The notes beneath the pieces are model-generated. The model saw only the letters and a program-made list of their open reading frames with translations, had not been told where the DNA came from and made no database searches. DNA of 60,360 nt, the filler included. It is 5 parts of 5 records of this genome, joined end to end, with 100 filler letters (N's around TTAATTAATTAA, not from the genome) between each part and the next. Parts side by side here need not be neighbours in the genome. Positions count along the whole stretch, not along the records: positions 32,249 to 53,173 come from DRR723986_11238; 4 more parts are not named here. One strand, 5' to 3'. Positions 35,564 to 45,194 of this stretch are shown piece by piece (the stretch's first letter is position 1; the number at the start of each line of letters is the position of its first letter). Made by a program: the position numbers and the translations under genes.

Positions 35564-36314
35564 CGAATATGAGGCCGCGCTTTCATGGATTGTGTCAGTA
35601 TTCGGGTGCAGTTTCTACTTCTGCACATGCCGACTGGGGCGCCAGACCCTGTAACCGTTCTGTTGACGAGTAGTGCGCCGTCTTAGTGAGCCACCTTGGT
35701 GAGCCGCAGGAGCCGCCAAGCGATATATTTGTTCTCATAGCAACGCTTGCACCACGCTTTAACTATGCTCTAACTACGATTCGGCGGCACTGGCGGTCAA
35801 AATACAATGGTCGTGTCGCCGTTCGGGGCTTGTGTACTTCAGCGCTTGTTGCATGGATTGTGGCACTGCCGCAGGCAGTAAATTCATCTCCAGATCAAGA
35901 TCACTTCGCCCTGCTCTCAGCCCTTACAGGTCTGTTCCCATCGCTTGTTGTTTGCTTTTGTTCGTCTCCGGGTCACAAGCCCCAATTCATTGAGCCGCAA
36001 GTCCTTTAGCCTCAAAAACTTCAGCCTCAAATGACAAGTCCGTCGCTGAATCTCTCATCAGCCACATCGGAAGCCAGTCGTATATGCACTTGTCCAAATG
36101 CGGTCGCTGCCGGTTTCGGTCCAGTTTTGAGCATCTTTGTCCAGGCGCGTGAGGGCCGCACACATCAACAACAAAAAGAATGCCGACGCGCCGGCCGGCA
36201 ACTCCTGCAACAGTGCCAAACAAAAAGTTCATAAAAAGGCGAGCCCAACTCCAAAAAGACAAAATCAAAGCAGAGCTGCACCAGTCACGTGTTCGCCACT
36301 TAAACAAAAGGCAC

Positions 36315-36344
36315 AAAAAAAATGGCCCATCACTGGGATGGGCC
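36315..36344 (-). terminator. Rho-independent terminator after module 1
   Basis: Minus strand GGCCCATC-ccagt-GATGGGCC followed by a T-tract. Confidence 0.75.
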
Positions 36345-36502
36345 GGGTAGTTAACAGTCGGGAAACTACGAGGCAGGCGCAACACTTCAACTGGATCAAT
36401 TAGCTAAATGTGGAGCCAAGCGACTCTGCTGCATAGTCGCCCAACTGTCAGTACCTTCACAGTCAAAACTCCAATCGGTCAGCACTAAAACAAAATCACG
36501 GT

Positions 36503-38188
36503 CTATTCACTTCGTCCAGACTTAACAAAACGGCGATTCACCTGCCCTTGTGTGCCGCGTAAAGTCAGAATGTACACTCCGGCAGTTTCACGCTGCAAAT
36601 TTAGAGTCAGGCTCTGTTGCCTCTGCGACTGCCCGCTGAAGACACGCCGTCCCATGATGTCTGTAATATGGATTTCCAGATTCTGCTTCGGCAAACCCCG
36701 TATTGTTAACTGGGAGCCAACTGGCTGGGGCGCAATGCTGATATTGTTTGATATCTGCTCGCTCATGGTTGGCTGGGCTTTGTCTTGGTCCGATGTTTCA
36801 AAGCCGTTTTTGGCTCCGGGAACCACTGTGCAGTTCGCAATATGTGCGCGATAATTGGCTCCGGATTTAGCTTCAAAACCAGGCCTGAGTGTAATCCGTG
36901 AGCCTGCTTGCATATCGATATCATCGAAGCTCCCTAGTTTGTAGTCGTTCTGAGCCACTATAAAGTCCGAAGCCCGGTAGTCTGCGACCGGAAAGACTTT
37001 GGGGTCGTGGAACTGTAGCTGTTCAACACAACAATCAGCAAGTTCAATATTCACCGGATTGTCGGCAGGGTACGCCAAAGCGTTTTGTTCGGTGAACTGT
37101 GAGTTCCCTTGAATATGTACCGTGCCGGACGAGTTTTTAACCGATCCACAATTGCCTACCCAAAGATACCAGTCATAGAATCCAGATTGTAGTACCGTAT
37201 TGTTGAATCCAAGTCCGGTCCAATAGATAAAAATCTCTTGAATGGAGTTAAAAGGGTCGTCATTCAGACCGTTAATATTAATCTCGGATTGTTGCCATAC
37301 AGTCGAATTACCAGCTCCTCTGATTTCCAGAGTATACCACTGGGCATTCTGGATTCTGACTTCCCAGGTTTCTAGCTGGCTGGGGTCAAAAGAGCCATCT
37401 ACTGAAGTATAAATGATGCCCGGATGTGTAACACAGGGGTGATCACAGACTCGGTAAATCTCAAAATCGTCGATCAACACATATGCTTTTTGGCAAAACG
37501 ACTGATTTTGTTTAGGACGCATTTCCAACGCGACCCTGTCGTAAGGATTTGACATATTAACAGTATTGGGTGACTTAAAGATTTTGGTAATGCGATGCCA
37601 GCCACCATTGACAGGATATTGATCCAGTTGATTTTCAATCACTAGGGAGCGTGTACCCGAACCTCCACTGCTATTCAATGAGCGGTACTTCGTGCCACAC
37701 CATGTGTCTGTGGCGTCACTTTCACCTTGGTAACTCAGCTGATTCTGCATGAAATGCAGTATAAGGCGACTGTCACTGAAATCTGTTGATGTTCCGTTGG
37801 GCCTCGTTGAAGGGAAGTAGACATGCACACTTAGAATGTACCAGATGTCACCTTCCAGAACGGGATTGCTGTTAACGTCCTGCTGAATTAATTCATGCTC
37901 TTGCATTCCGATATATCCGGAGCCGGAATGTGCATTAACATTTGCATGTTTAAATCCGTCACGAAACCAGTCAGCTGAATGCCAACTGTTACCGTCTGAA
38001 CTTGCTTGAAATCGATCACTCCAATCTTGAATGTTTTGAAAATTTGCGTAGGCATTGGGACCGGGGGCCCCGCTCTCAAATCCAGGGTTGTCAATTATAT
38101 TACTTTGAGTCAATGCCTGCATGCTCATCAGCAGCAGTAGAAGTGGGACCAAAGGCCACATGTATTTCTGTTTCATAGTGTTATCCAA
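36503..38188 (-). CDS. Secreted T9SS type A cargo protein (CBM-like + FlgD Ig-like + 3-coathanger-stack-like + CTD); module 1 gene B
   Basis: Signal peptide; NPGFESG; WTGLGFNNTVLQSGFY; AGSRITLRPGFEA; C-terminal IAPQPV...DIMGRRV...AGVYIL...RFVK. Start may be ATG 38176. Confidence 0.85.
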   Translation of the reverse strand: MDNTMKQKYMWPLVPLLLLLMSMQALTQSNIIDNPGFESGAPGPNAYANFQNIQDWSDRFQASSDGNSWHSADWFRDGFKHANVNAHSGSGYIGMQEHELIQQDVNSNPVLEGDIWYILSVHVYFPSTRPNGTSTDFSDSRLILHFMQNQLSYQGESDATDTWCGTKYRSLNSSGGSGTRSLVIENQLDQYPVNGGWHRITKIFKSPNTVNMSNPYDRVALEMRPKQNQSFCQKAYVLIDDFEIYRVCDHPCVTHPGIIYTSVDGSFDPSQLETWEVRIQNAQWYTLEIRGAGNSTVWQQSEININGLNDDPFNSIQEIFIYWTGLGFNNTVLQSGFYDWYLWVGNCGSVKNSSGTVHIQGNSQFTEQNALAYPADNPVNIELADCCVEQLQFHDPKVFPVADYRASDFIVAQNDYKLGSFDDIDMQAGSRITLRPGFEAKSGANYRAHIANCTVVPGAKNGFETSDQDKAQPTMSEQISNNISIAPQPVGSQLTIRGLPKQNLEIHITDIMGRRVFSGQSQRQQSLTLNLQRETAGVYILTLRGTQGQVNRRFVKSGRSE

Positions 38189-38298
38189 TGGAAAAGTTAA
38201 ATGTCACTTCAGAGACACTGTTGATTGCAGCCGGCCTGGCAAAACGACCGGATCCGCGTCTCTGTGGTCAATAAAATCAGGTACTTGTTTCCATCGGA

Positions 38299-39591
38299 TC
38301 ATCGTTGCGCACGCAGCGCATCAATCTCTTTCTGCTGCTGAATGACGTACAAGGTAAGCTCTTCGACTTTCTGCATGAGTGTTGTGTTCATCTCTGCGAC
38401 TCTTAAGCCCTTTTCTTCAACTTCCGCTGCTGAGGGCACATCCGGCAGGTGGCCGTTAGTGATAATAAACTCTTCTACTTCTGCGAGTGAGCGAAGTTCG
38501 TAGTCATCATCAAACACAAAGTCAGCCCAGCCAGATTCCACAACGATTTCCTTCGCACGAATCGCTCCATTCACCATCAGCCTGTACTCCGAGTTGTAGG
38601 TGCTGGTACCGATGCCAACCATGCTATTGTTATTCGCTGTAGGGTTGTGCACAACCAGGGCTTTTTCCCAGTTAACATTCACACCTTGAGAGCGGCTGTC
38701 GTTTGTCGACATATCCAGACTCATCTTGCCATTAAATCCATCATAGTTAAACCGCGCGGCCTGCCGACTATTGTGGAAGAACATCCCTGAATTGCCGAAA
38801 GTGCCTGGATAGGCATTCCAGGCCAGGGGAACGCCCGAAGCCGAACCACCCACATACAGGCGTGATAACCCGTTGGAACCCATTGCCAGAGCTTCGGAAT
38901 GGCAGATAGTTTGAAATTGCGACGGCAAGTTTGATATCTCCGTTAAGGCGCAATTTGAATTGAGGGCAATATCTGGACGTTCCCAAACCACACGCCCATT
39001 TTCATCCGCAATCAAAATGTCTCCAGGAGTTGCATCATCGCCGTTTAAGCGAATATTGCCAACTACATCAAGATCTGCCTGCGGGTCGTTTGTGCCGATG
39101 CCTAATTTCCCGCCTACATCAATTGCCAGGGGAAATCTGCGCGTATTATTAAATCCTTGAGTCACAATTTCAAAGAGGTTTTGCGGGTAGCCAATCCACG
39201 CATTTGGTGGGCAAATACTTTCCAGCCTGAAACCCACGTCTTCACAGTCGGCTTGAACATGCAGTTTGGCTTCCGGGAGAATGCTGGAAAACCAGTCACC
39301 AATTCCGACCTTACCATTACTGCGGATCACATCACTGCCATTGAGGCGCCATATTCCTATCGGTGAACCGTTTAAGCGATATTCACTTGTGTTCACGGCT
39401 CCGTCAATGTCTAAACGGTATTGTGGCGTGGAAGTCCCAATGCCAACATTGTCCGGACCGCTTCCGCTTGTCATCCCCAAGTGTGTGCCTGGATTGGGCA
39501 CGTAGATTTGCTGTGCTTGAACTTCATTAATAAAGGCTGCTCCAAAAGTCAGGAACCCAAGAGTCAGGTATAATTTTAGTGTCTGTCGCAT
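38299..39591 (-). CDS. Secreted tail-fibre/spike-like protein with VGIGT repeats and a C-terminal S74-chaperone-related coiled-coil domain; module 1 gene A
   Basis: Signal peptide; four (V/L)GIG repeats; WADFVF..YELRSLAEVE..NGHLPDVP..QKVEELTLY. Confidence 0.82.
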   Translation of the reverse strand: MRQTLKLYLTLGFLTFGAAFINEVQAQQIYVPNPGTHLGMTSGSGPDNVGIGTSTPQYRLDIDGAVNTSEYRLNGSPIGIWRLNGSDVIRSNGKVGIGDWFSSILPEAKLHVQADCEDVGFRLESICPPNAWIGYPQNLFEIVTQGFNNTRRFPLAIDVGGKLGIGTNDPQADLDVVGNIRLNGDDATPGDILIADENGRVVWERPDIALNSNCALTEISNLPSQFQTICHSEALAMGSNGLSRLYVGGSASGVPLAWNAYPGTFGNSGMFFHNSRQAARFNYDGFNGKMSLDMSTNDSRSQGVNVNWEKALVVHNPTANNNSMVGIGTSTYNSEYRLMVNGAIRAKEIVVESGWADFVFDDDYELRSLAEVEEFIITNGHLPDVPSAAEVEEKGLRVAEMNTTLMQKVEELTLYVIQQQKEIDALRAQR

Positions 39592-40007
39592 TGTTACACT
39601 CGCTGTAATAAGGTTAAATCAATCTGCTGCATTCCGTCAATTTGCAGGAGAGATAGCGCAAATTGTACCGGAGGGCACAGCAGTTCCTTTCGATCCTCCA
39701 GCGTACTGGTAGATCAATTATGGTTCTACAGATTAAACAGAGTTGCATCAGCCTGTCAGTGACAGACCTGCTTGTGCCTGTGCGTCAGGCATACGGTGTG
39801 TTGATACGTGAATATACTATTTGCATTCTCTGAATGCTTTCCCAATTGAATTTGACAAGACAATAGCAGGCGCAATCCTGTGAAGGAGTGCTGAATGGCG
39901 AATAATTACTTCGTACGACTTGTGCGCGTATCCGACATCTACGAGAGTGTTAAAACTGATGCCGATTGTTAACAAAAATGAACTGTACCTGGGTAGTTTG
40001 TACGGTT

Positions 40008-40054
40008 GCAATATAGTCAACTGCTTAAGCGAAGTAAATGGACTTGATATGTAC
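40008..40054 (-). promoter_or_regulatory. Module 1 promoter with 11-bp-spaced direct repeats
   Basis: Minus strand GTACAT-N5-GTCCAT overlapping TTTA, then N19, then TATATTGC. Confidence 0.6.
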
Positions 40055-40126
40055 TTATTGTCTATGTCATATTCCAGGTGCATACCTGAGTGAGAGTCCA
40101 TCAATTATACGTGAATGTCTTGTGTC

Positions 40127-41806
40127 TCAGATGCTTCGCAGGAATTCGTTCAGCTTTTGCTGGCGCCGCAGGTCCAACTTTTTACGGATGCGCCAGCGCG
40201 ACTTCAAAACGGCATTTTCAGAAATACTTAGCACCTCAGCCATCTCTTTAACACTTAAGTTTTCACGGCATAGGGTGCAAACTTTTACTTCTGAATCCGA
40301 TAGAGTTGTGTACAGGCTTCGCAGGCGGTCGTGAAAACCTGGGTATCTGGCGCGAATCTGGTTGAAGATATTTCGGCTGCTGCTTTCCTGCGCACCATTG
40401 TATCCGTTGCTCCTGGAAGTGATGGGATGCTTCACAGGCTCTGAATCTTGCGAGTTGAGTGCCTGGCGCCGTAGTTCGCGCATCAGCAATTCATTTTGGT
40501 CTTGCAGCTGCTGGATTTTGTCGCGGAGCGGTCCCTGGCGATATTCTTGTTCAGCGGCATAAATGCGCATTAGCACTGAGGGGCCCAGGACTTCGTTCTG
40601 CAACGATTGTTGTTCGGCGATCGTCTCCAGTGCGCGTTTGGGGTTGGGTCCATGCAAGTGCGCCTGAGTTTGAAGTACCAGCGCTTGCAGCTGGAAATGT
40701 TTATTGTCCAGTTGTGTTGCCAGCGAAATCAGGTCCTCCGCATAGTTCAAGGCCGATTCGGAGTCCTGCATTTTCAGGCAGATTTCACCGGCAGTAAACA
40801 ACAAAATAGCTTTTGTGAACTGGTTGCGCGGTGGTTTACACACCGCCAGGGCTTGTGTAATAGTATTTGCCGCAGCCTGCATTTGACCATGCCGTGCCAG
40901 GTGCTGCGCTTGTGTTTTTAACAATGTAGCGATCAGCGTAATCTGATTTTCTGTACGTGCCTTTGTTATCAGAGGATTAAACCGGGCTTCAAATTCGCTG
41001 CGATCTAACTCTGGGGCCTGCAAGATAAATTCTGTTGTATGGTAAAATTTGAGAATAGACCTAGCCTTGGTTTTCCGAACCATATTGCTCACATCCTGCC
41101 AAAGTGGCTTTAACACTTGCTGCAGTCCAAGGCGGAAACATATGTGAATAGCATCTATGCGAGTTCGAATACCAAAATTATGTGCACCAATGCTGTCTAT
41201 TCTGTCGTACGAATTCATTGAGCGGTAGTAGTAGCGGAATGCCAGATCAAACCGACCTAAGATGCGATAAGCACGTGCCAGATGAAATTCCTCATGTGCA
41301 CGCATTGACATGATGATGTCGCGTTCAGACACAGCTAACATTGTTGAATACGTCTCGAACAATTCTGAAGGAGTATGCTGAATGTTAACGCTATCAAAAA
41401 CGGCAACGTTTTGCGCGGCCAGGCGCAGCATTTCACTGGGGCGTGCCTGTTGATCCAGCATTGTAATAATATACGAGCGGATATTCACGGCAAACAGGGT
41501 GTCAGTACAAGTATCGAGCAAATGTTCGGCCTGTTGTAGCATAGCCGCAGTTCTTTTGGAGCGGCCCAGTCGTTCCAGGCAAATGGCTTCTATATAGAGT
41601 TTGAAGGCCTGCAAACATTGCCCGGCCGTTTGGCTTTGTTGGTGCCCGAACTTCTCAAGGTAAATATTGTGTTGCTGTAGTTCCGCCAGTGCTTCATCTG
41701 GCTCATAGATGGCAATATACATCGCCAGAATCAGGTGTTCTTGTATGGCTTTGGGCCCGGTAGCAAGGGCCAGGCGATTGCGTGCGTCCGTTCTACTGTA
41801 TATCAT
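40127..41806 (-). CDS. TPR/helical-repeat protein with C-terminal LuxR-type HTH (transcriptional regulator)
   Basis: Helical repeats and coiled coil, then YPGFHDRL...LSDSEVKVCTL...LSVKEMAEVLSISENAVLKSRWRIRKKL. Confidence 0.85.
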   Translation of the reverse strand: MIYSRTDARNRLALATGPKAIQEHLILAMYIAIYEPDEALAELQQHNIYLEKFGHQQSQTAGQCLQAFKLYIEAICLERLGRSKRTAAMLQQAEHLLDTCTDTLFAVNIRSYIITMLDQQARPSEMLRLAAQNVAVFDSVNIQHTPSELFETYSTMLAVSERDIIMSMRAHEEFHLARAYRILGRFDLAFRYYYRSMNSYDRIDSIGAHNFGIRTRIDAIHICFRLGLQQVLKPLWQDVSNMVRKTKARSILKFYHTTEFILQAPELDRSEFEARFNPLITKARTENQITLIATLLKTQAQHLARHGQMQAAANTITQALAVCKPPRNQFTKAILLFTAGEICLKMQDSESALNYAEDLISLATQLDNKHFQLQALVLQTQAHLHGPNPKRALETIAEQQSLQNEVLGPSVLMRIYAAEQEYRQGPLRDKIQQLQDQNELLMRELRRQALNSQDSEPVKHPITSRSNGYNGAQESSSRNIFNQIRARYPGFHDRLRSLYTTLSDSEVKVCTLCRENLSVKEMAEVLSISENAVLKSRWRIRKKLDLRRQQKLNEFLRSI

Positions 41807-42427
41807 TGTGTATTTTCCACCCTGAATCCCTAAGTGTACAGCCCGTTTACGAAGTACGTCCAGCCTAATTCAATTCATTCTTACAGCACTGCCATGCTTG
41901 TTCCGCACCAGATGACGTTGATAGCACCTTCTGTCCATGAGTTCGCTTCTGATAATCGACGGTCAGTTGTTTCCCGCGTGCAACAATCACCGACTTCAAC
42001 TATGTGCTCCTTAACAGAACAATTGAAGCACGCGTTACTCAATGCCATGTGTTTGTAACTATTCTTAGATATGGGGGTGGGACGCTAGCGAATCACTAAC
42101 AAGTTTAGAGTTGATGTTGCAAGTGCTGGGGTAATCACAACATCGGAACTGTTTCGCTTCATTGCTTTCTGATTGGTTGAACGACCACTACAATTTAAAG
42201 AACCATCCATAAACTGCAAGACAGTTTTTCCAAATTCGGAGAACTGGAATTGATGATTCTAACCAGTGTATTGCATATAGACCAAAATTGAGCTTGAATG
42301 TTACAGACCCGGCCCAGGTGCTTACATCGGGCAACCGTGTGCCTGGCTTCCAAGATTTTTGACTAAAAAGGATTGTTGAAAATCTGTGGCCGCCGGTTTC
42401 AGGATCAGTGCCAAACAAAAAGCTCAT

Positions 42428-42463
42428 AAAAAAGGCCCACCCCAAATCTTTGCAGGGGTGAGC
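42428..42463 (-). terminator. Rho-independent terminator after fbaB
   Basis: Minus strand GGCTCACCCC-loop-GGGGTGGGCC followed by TTTTTT. Confidence 0.7.
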
Positions 42464-42503
42464 CGATCATAGTCCCAAAACTTCAACACAAATGAATCGG
42501 AGC

Positions 42504-43553
42504 TTAGGCTACCGTTACATCGTCACACAGGTAAACATCCTGGATCAGTTGGAGCAACTTAACACCTTCATCCATCGGGCGCTGGAAAGCTTTGCGACCG
42601 GAAATCAGGCCCATTCCGCCCGCGCGTTTGTTAACTACTGCTGTAGCAACCGCATCCTCAAAGTCGTTGCTGCCCGATGCGCCACCACTGTTAATCAGAC
42701 CGATGCGTCCCATGTAACAGTTGGCCACCTGATAACGACACAGGTCAATCGGGTGATCGCTGCTCAGCTCCGAGTACATTTTTGGATGTGATTTGGCAAA
42801 CTTGAGCGCCGTAAAACCGCCGTTGTTTTCCGGAAGTTTTTGTTTAATAATATCCGCGTGGAGTGTTACGCCCAGGTGATTCGCCTGGCCCGTCAGGTCG
42901 GCCGCCACATGGTAATCTTTGTCTGCCTTAAATGCATTATTACGCGTGTAACACCAGAGAATCGTGGCCATGCCCAACTCGTGCGCATGTGCAAACGCAT
43001 GTGCGATGTCAACAATCTGGCGATTGCTCTCCGGCGATCCAAAATAGATTGTTGCGCCAACAGCCGCCGCACCCATTTCGTAAGCCTGGTCAATTGTGCC
43101 AAACAATTGCTGATCGTATTTGTTTGGATAGGTCATCAGCTCGTTGTGGTTAATTTTTACCACAAATGGGATGTGATGTGCGTATTTACGCGCTACCATT
43201 CCAAGGACGCCAAATGTTGAGGCGACAGCATTACAGCCACCTTCGATCGCCAACTTTACAATGTTTTCCGGATCAAAATAGGCCGGATTCGGTGCAAAAC
43301 TCGCACCTGCCGTGTGCTCAATCCCCTGATCCACCGGCAGAATCGAGACAAAACCACTCTTGCCCAGACGCCCGTGATTTAACAGGCGCTGCAGATTCCC
43401 CAGGACGCGGTTGTTGCGGTCCGAATGGGAAAATATTGCGTCGACACTCTCTGGCGACGGTAAGTGCAGCGCAGACCGGTCGATGGTCGTGCTACTGTGA
43501 TTAAGTAGATAGTCGGCGCGGTCGCCAAGGTATTCGCTGATGCGGTCGATCAT
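42504..43553 (-). CDS. fbaB: Class I fructose-bisphosphate aldolase (FbaB/DhnA type)
   Basis: [37 protein letters not shown]. Confidence 0.96.
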   Translation of the reverse strand: MIDRISEYLGDRADYLLNHSSTTIDRSALHLPSPESVDAIFSHSDRNNRVLGNLQRLLNHGRLGKSGFVSILPVDQGIEHTAGASFAPNPAYFDPENIVKLAIEGGCNAVASTFGVLGMVARKYAHHIPFVVKINHNELMTYPNKYDQQLFGTIDQAYEMGAAAVGATIYFGSPESNRQIVDIAHAFAHAHELGMATILWCYTRNNAFKADKDYHVAADLTGQANHLGVTLHADIIKQKLPENNGGFTALKFAKSHPKMYSELSSDHPIDLCRYQVANCYMGRIGLINSGGASGSNDFEDAVATAVVNKRAGGMGLISGRKAFQRPMDEGVKLLQLIQDVYLCDDVTVA

Positions 43554-43626
43554 AATGCGGCCTCGGTAATTCGGTAATCCAGATATTCTAAAGGAAGGAT
43601 TGTTTGCATGTTTGAAATTGCAAGGT

Positions 43627-43634
43627 GCAATTTA
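43627..43634 (-). promoter_or_regulatory. Putative -7 box TAAATTGC for fbaB
   Basis: TAnnTTG variant about 74 nt upstream of the start. Confidence 0.35.
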
Positions 43635-43730
43635 CGAAATCTGCGCTTGTGCCGCCGGTGCAGAATCGGCAAGCTAAGTGCTAAAGCAGCTTCAGCCTGT
43701 GCATTTTTCCTAAAGAACCCAAAATTTACC

Positions 43731-43738
43731 TAACTTTG
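43731..43738 (+). promoter_or_regulatory. Putative -7 box TAACTTTG for the EEP gene
   Basis: Exact TAnnTTTG match about 90 nt upstream of ATG 43831. Confidence 0.45.
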
Positions 43739-43830
43739 GGGCGTGCGGAGATACACTTCCAGGTGTAAAAATTTGCCCGAAACCTGTACTGGGCCACAAC
43801 AGCCTGACAAGGGACGCAGCTACAACTACA

Positions 43831-44946
43831 ATGCAAACCGTCGTTACAATTCTCCTGACCCTACTTATCATTACGAACTTGCTGCCCCTTGTACGGCACT
43901 CGGCATGGTGGATTCGCGCATGTGATTTTCCGCGTTACCTGCTGTTGGGCCTGCTGATATTGTTTGGCGTAGCTCAAGTTCTTGTGGGTATGCCCGGAGG
44001 AATTGGCGGCGTGTTACTTGGTATCGGAATCACTGCTGCCGCATTGTACCAGCTCTTTACCCTGACCCGCTACTCGCGCCTGCGTACAGTGGAAGTGCCG
44101 TCCGCAGCGCCTGACTACGATCGCAGTCGTTCAGTTTCAATTTTGGTCGCCAACGTCCTGATGACTAATCGCGATGCAGAGCCACTCCTTAAACTTGTTA
44201 AACGCACACAACCGGATATCGTGCTTCTTTTGGAGCCCGACGAATGGTGGGGAAGTAAAACCGAAGTCCTGCAAAGTGATTATCAATGGCACATAGCAGA
44301 ATTGCGCGATAACCTATACGGCATTCAACTCTTTTCGCGTCTGGAGTTGGTCGCTCCGCGCATAGACCATATACTTAAACAAGATATTCCATCGCTTAAC
44401 ATGCAGGCCCGTTTGCCTTGTGGTGAGTTGGTTCGTCTGTATTGTTTACACCCGGAGCCGCCTTCACCAACTGAGGCTGATAGCTCGGCGCCGCGTGATG
44501 CTGAACTGTTAATCTGTGGTAAGCGCATCCGTGACGCACAGGAAAATTGCATTGTGGCGGGCGATCTTAACGATGTTGCCTGGTCACACTCAAATAACTT
44601 GTTTCAGGCTGTCAGTGGTCTGCTGGATCCGCGTAAAGGCCGGGGAATGTTTAACACATTTAATGCTTTTTACCCTTGGCTGCGTTGGCCGCTGGACCAT
44701 GTGTTTCATTCGCCAAAATTTAAACTTGTTTCCATGCAGCGCCACGAATTTATTGGCTCGGATCACTTCCCGTTTCAGGTTGAACTCGTACTGGACCCGG
44801 AAGGTGCAACTGCTGTAGAACCGCCGCACTTAGAGCGTGAAGAAGCTGTGGAAGCGGAAGCTGCGATTTCTGAGGGAGTCATTAAGGTGCAGACGGAAAA
44901 TTCTCAGGCGCCCGCCGAAAAGGCTAATCAAAGCCCTAAAAACTGA
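43831..44946 (+). CDS. Membrane-anchored endonuclease/exonuclease/phosphatase (EEP) family protein
   Basis: N-terminal TM segments; ANV, LLE, GDLND, LDHVF, GSDHFP motifs. Confidence 0.92.
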   Translation: MQTVVTILLTLLIITNLLPLVRHSAWWIRACDFPRYLLLGLLILFGVAQVLVGMPGGIGGVLLGIGITAAALYQLFTLTRYSRLRTVEVPSAAPDYDRSRSVSILVANVLMTNRDAEPLLKLVKRTQPDIVLLLEPDEWWGSKTEVLQSDYQWHIAELRDNLYGIQLFSRLELVAPRIDHILKQDIPSLNMQARLPCGELVRLYCLHPEPPSPTEADSSAPRDAELLICGKRIRDAQENCIVAGDLNDVAWSHSNNLFQAVSGLLDPRKGRGMFNTFNAFYPWLRWPLDHVFHSPKFKLVSMQRHEFIGSDHFPFQVELVLDPEGATAVEPPHLEREEAVEAEAAISEGVIKVQTENSQAPAEKANQSPKN

Positions 44947-45074
44947 GCGCTTCGCCCCTTCAAGGCAAGTGGCTTGCTGTTTCCTTTTGTTCGTTGTTTA
45001 ACCCAAATGCACAAGTCACGCAGTCTGCCACAAGCATTTAGTGCATTCAGCTGTAATTCCGGTTTAAAATAAGC

Positions 45075-45102
45075 GCGCCTCCTTCCGAGGGGAAGGAGGC
45101 GC
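45075..45102. terminator. Hairpin between convergent genes
   Basis: Perfect 12-bp stem GCGCCTCCTTCC-gagg-GGAAGGAGGCGC. Confidence 0.7.
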
Positions 45103-45194
45103 ACCAGTCGCCGACCAGTGACCTAAACCGGTCGTCTTCCTATCGTCAATTCACGCATTCGGCAGCGTATGCATGCCGCCGTCAAAATACCTGC

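Noticed and set aside
35564-36500. Riboswitch, ncRNA or small ORFs in long intergenic regions (also 31634-32148, 41807-42500, 49101-49690)
   Set aside because: No tRNA, rRNA or riboswitch consensus recognisable by eye, and the short ORFs lack coding features. An Rfam scan would be needed to exclude them.
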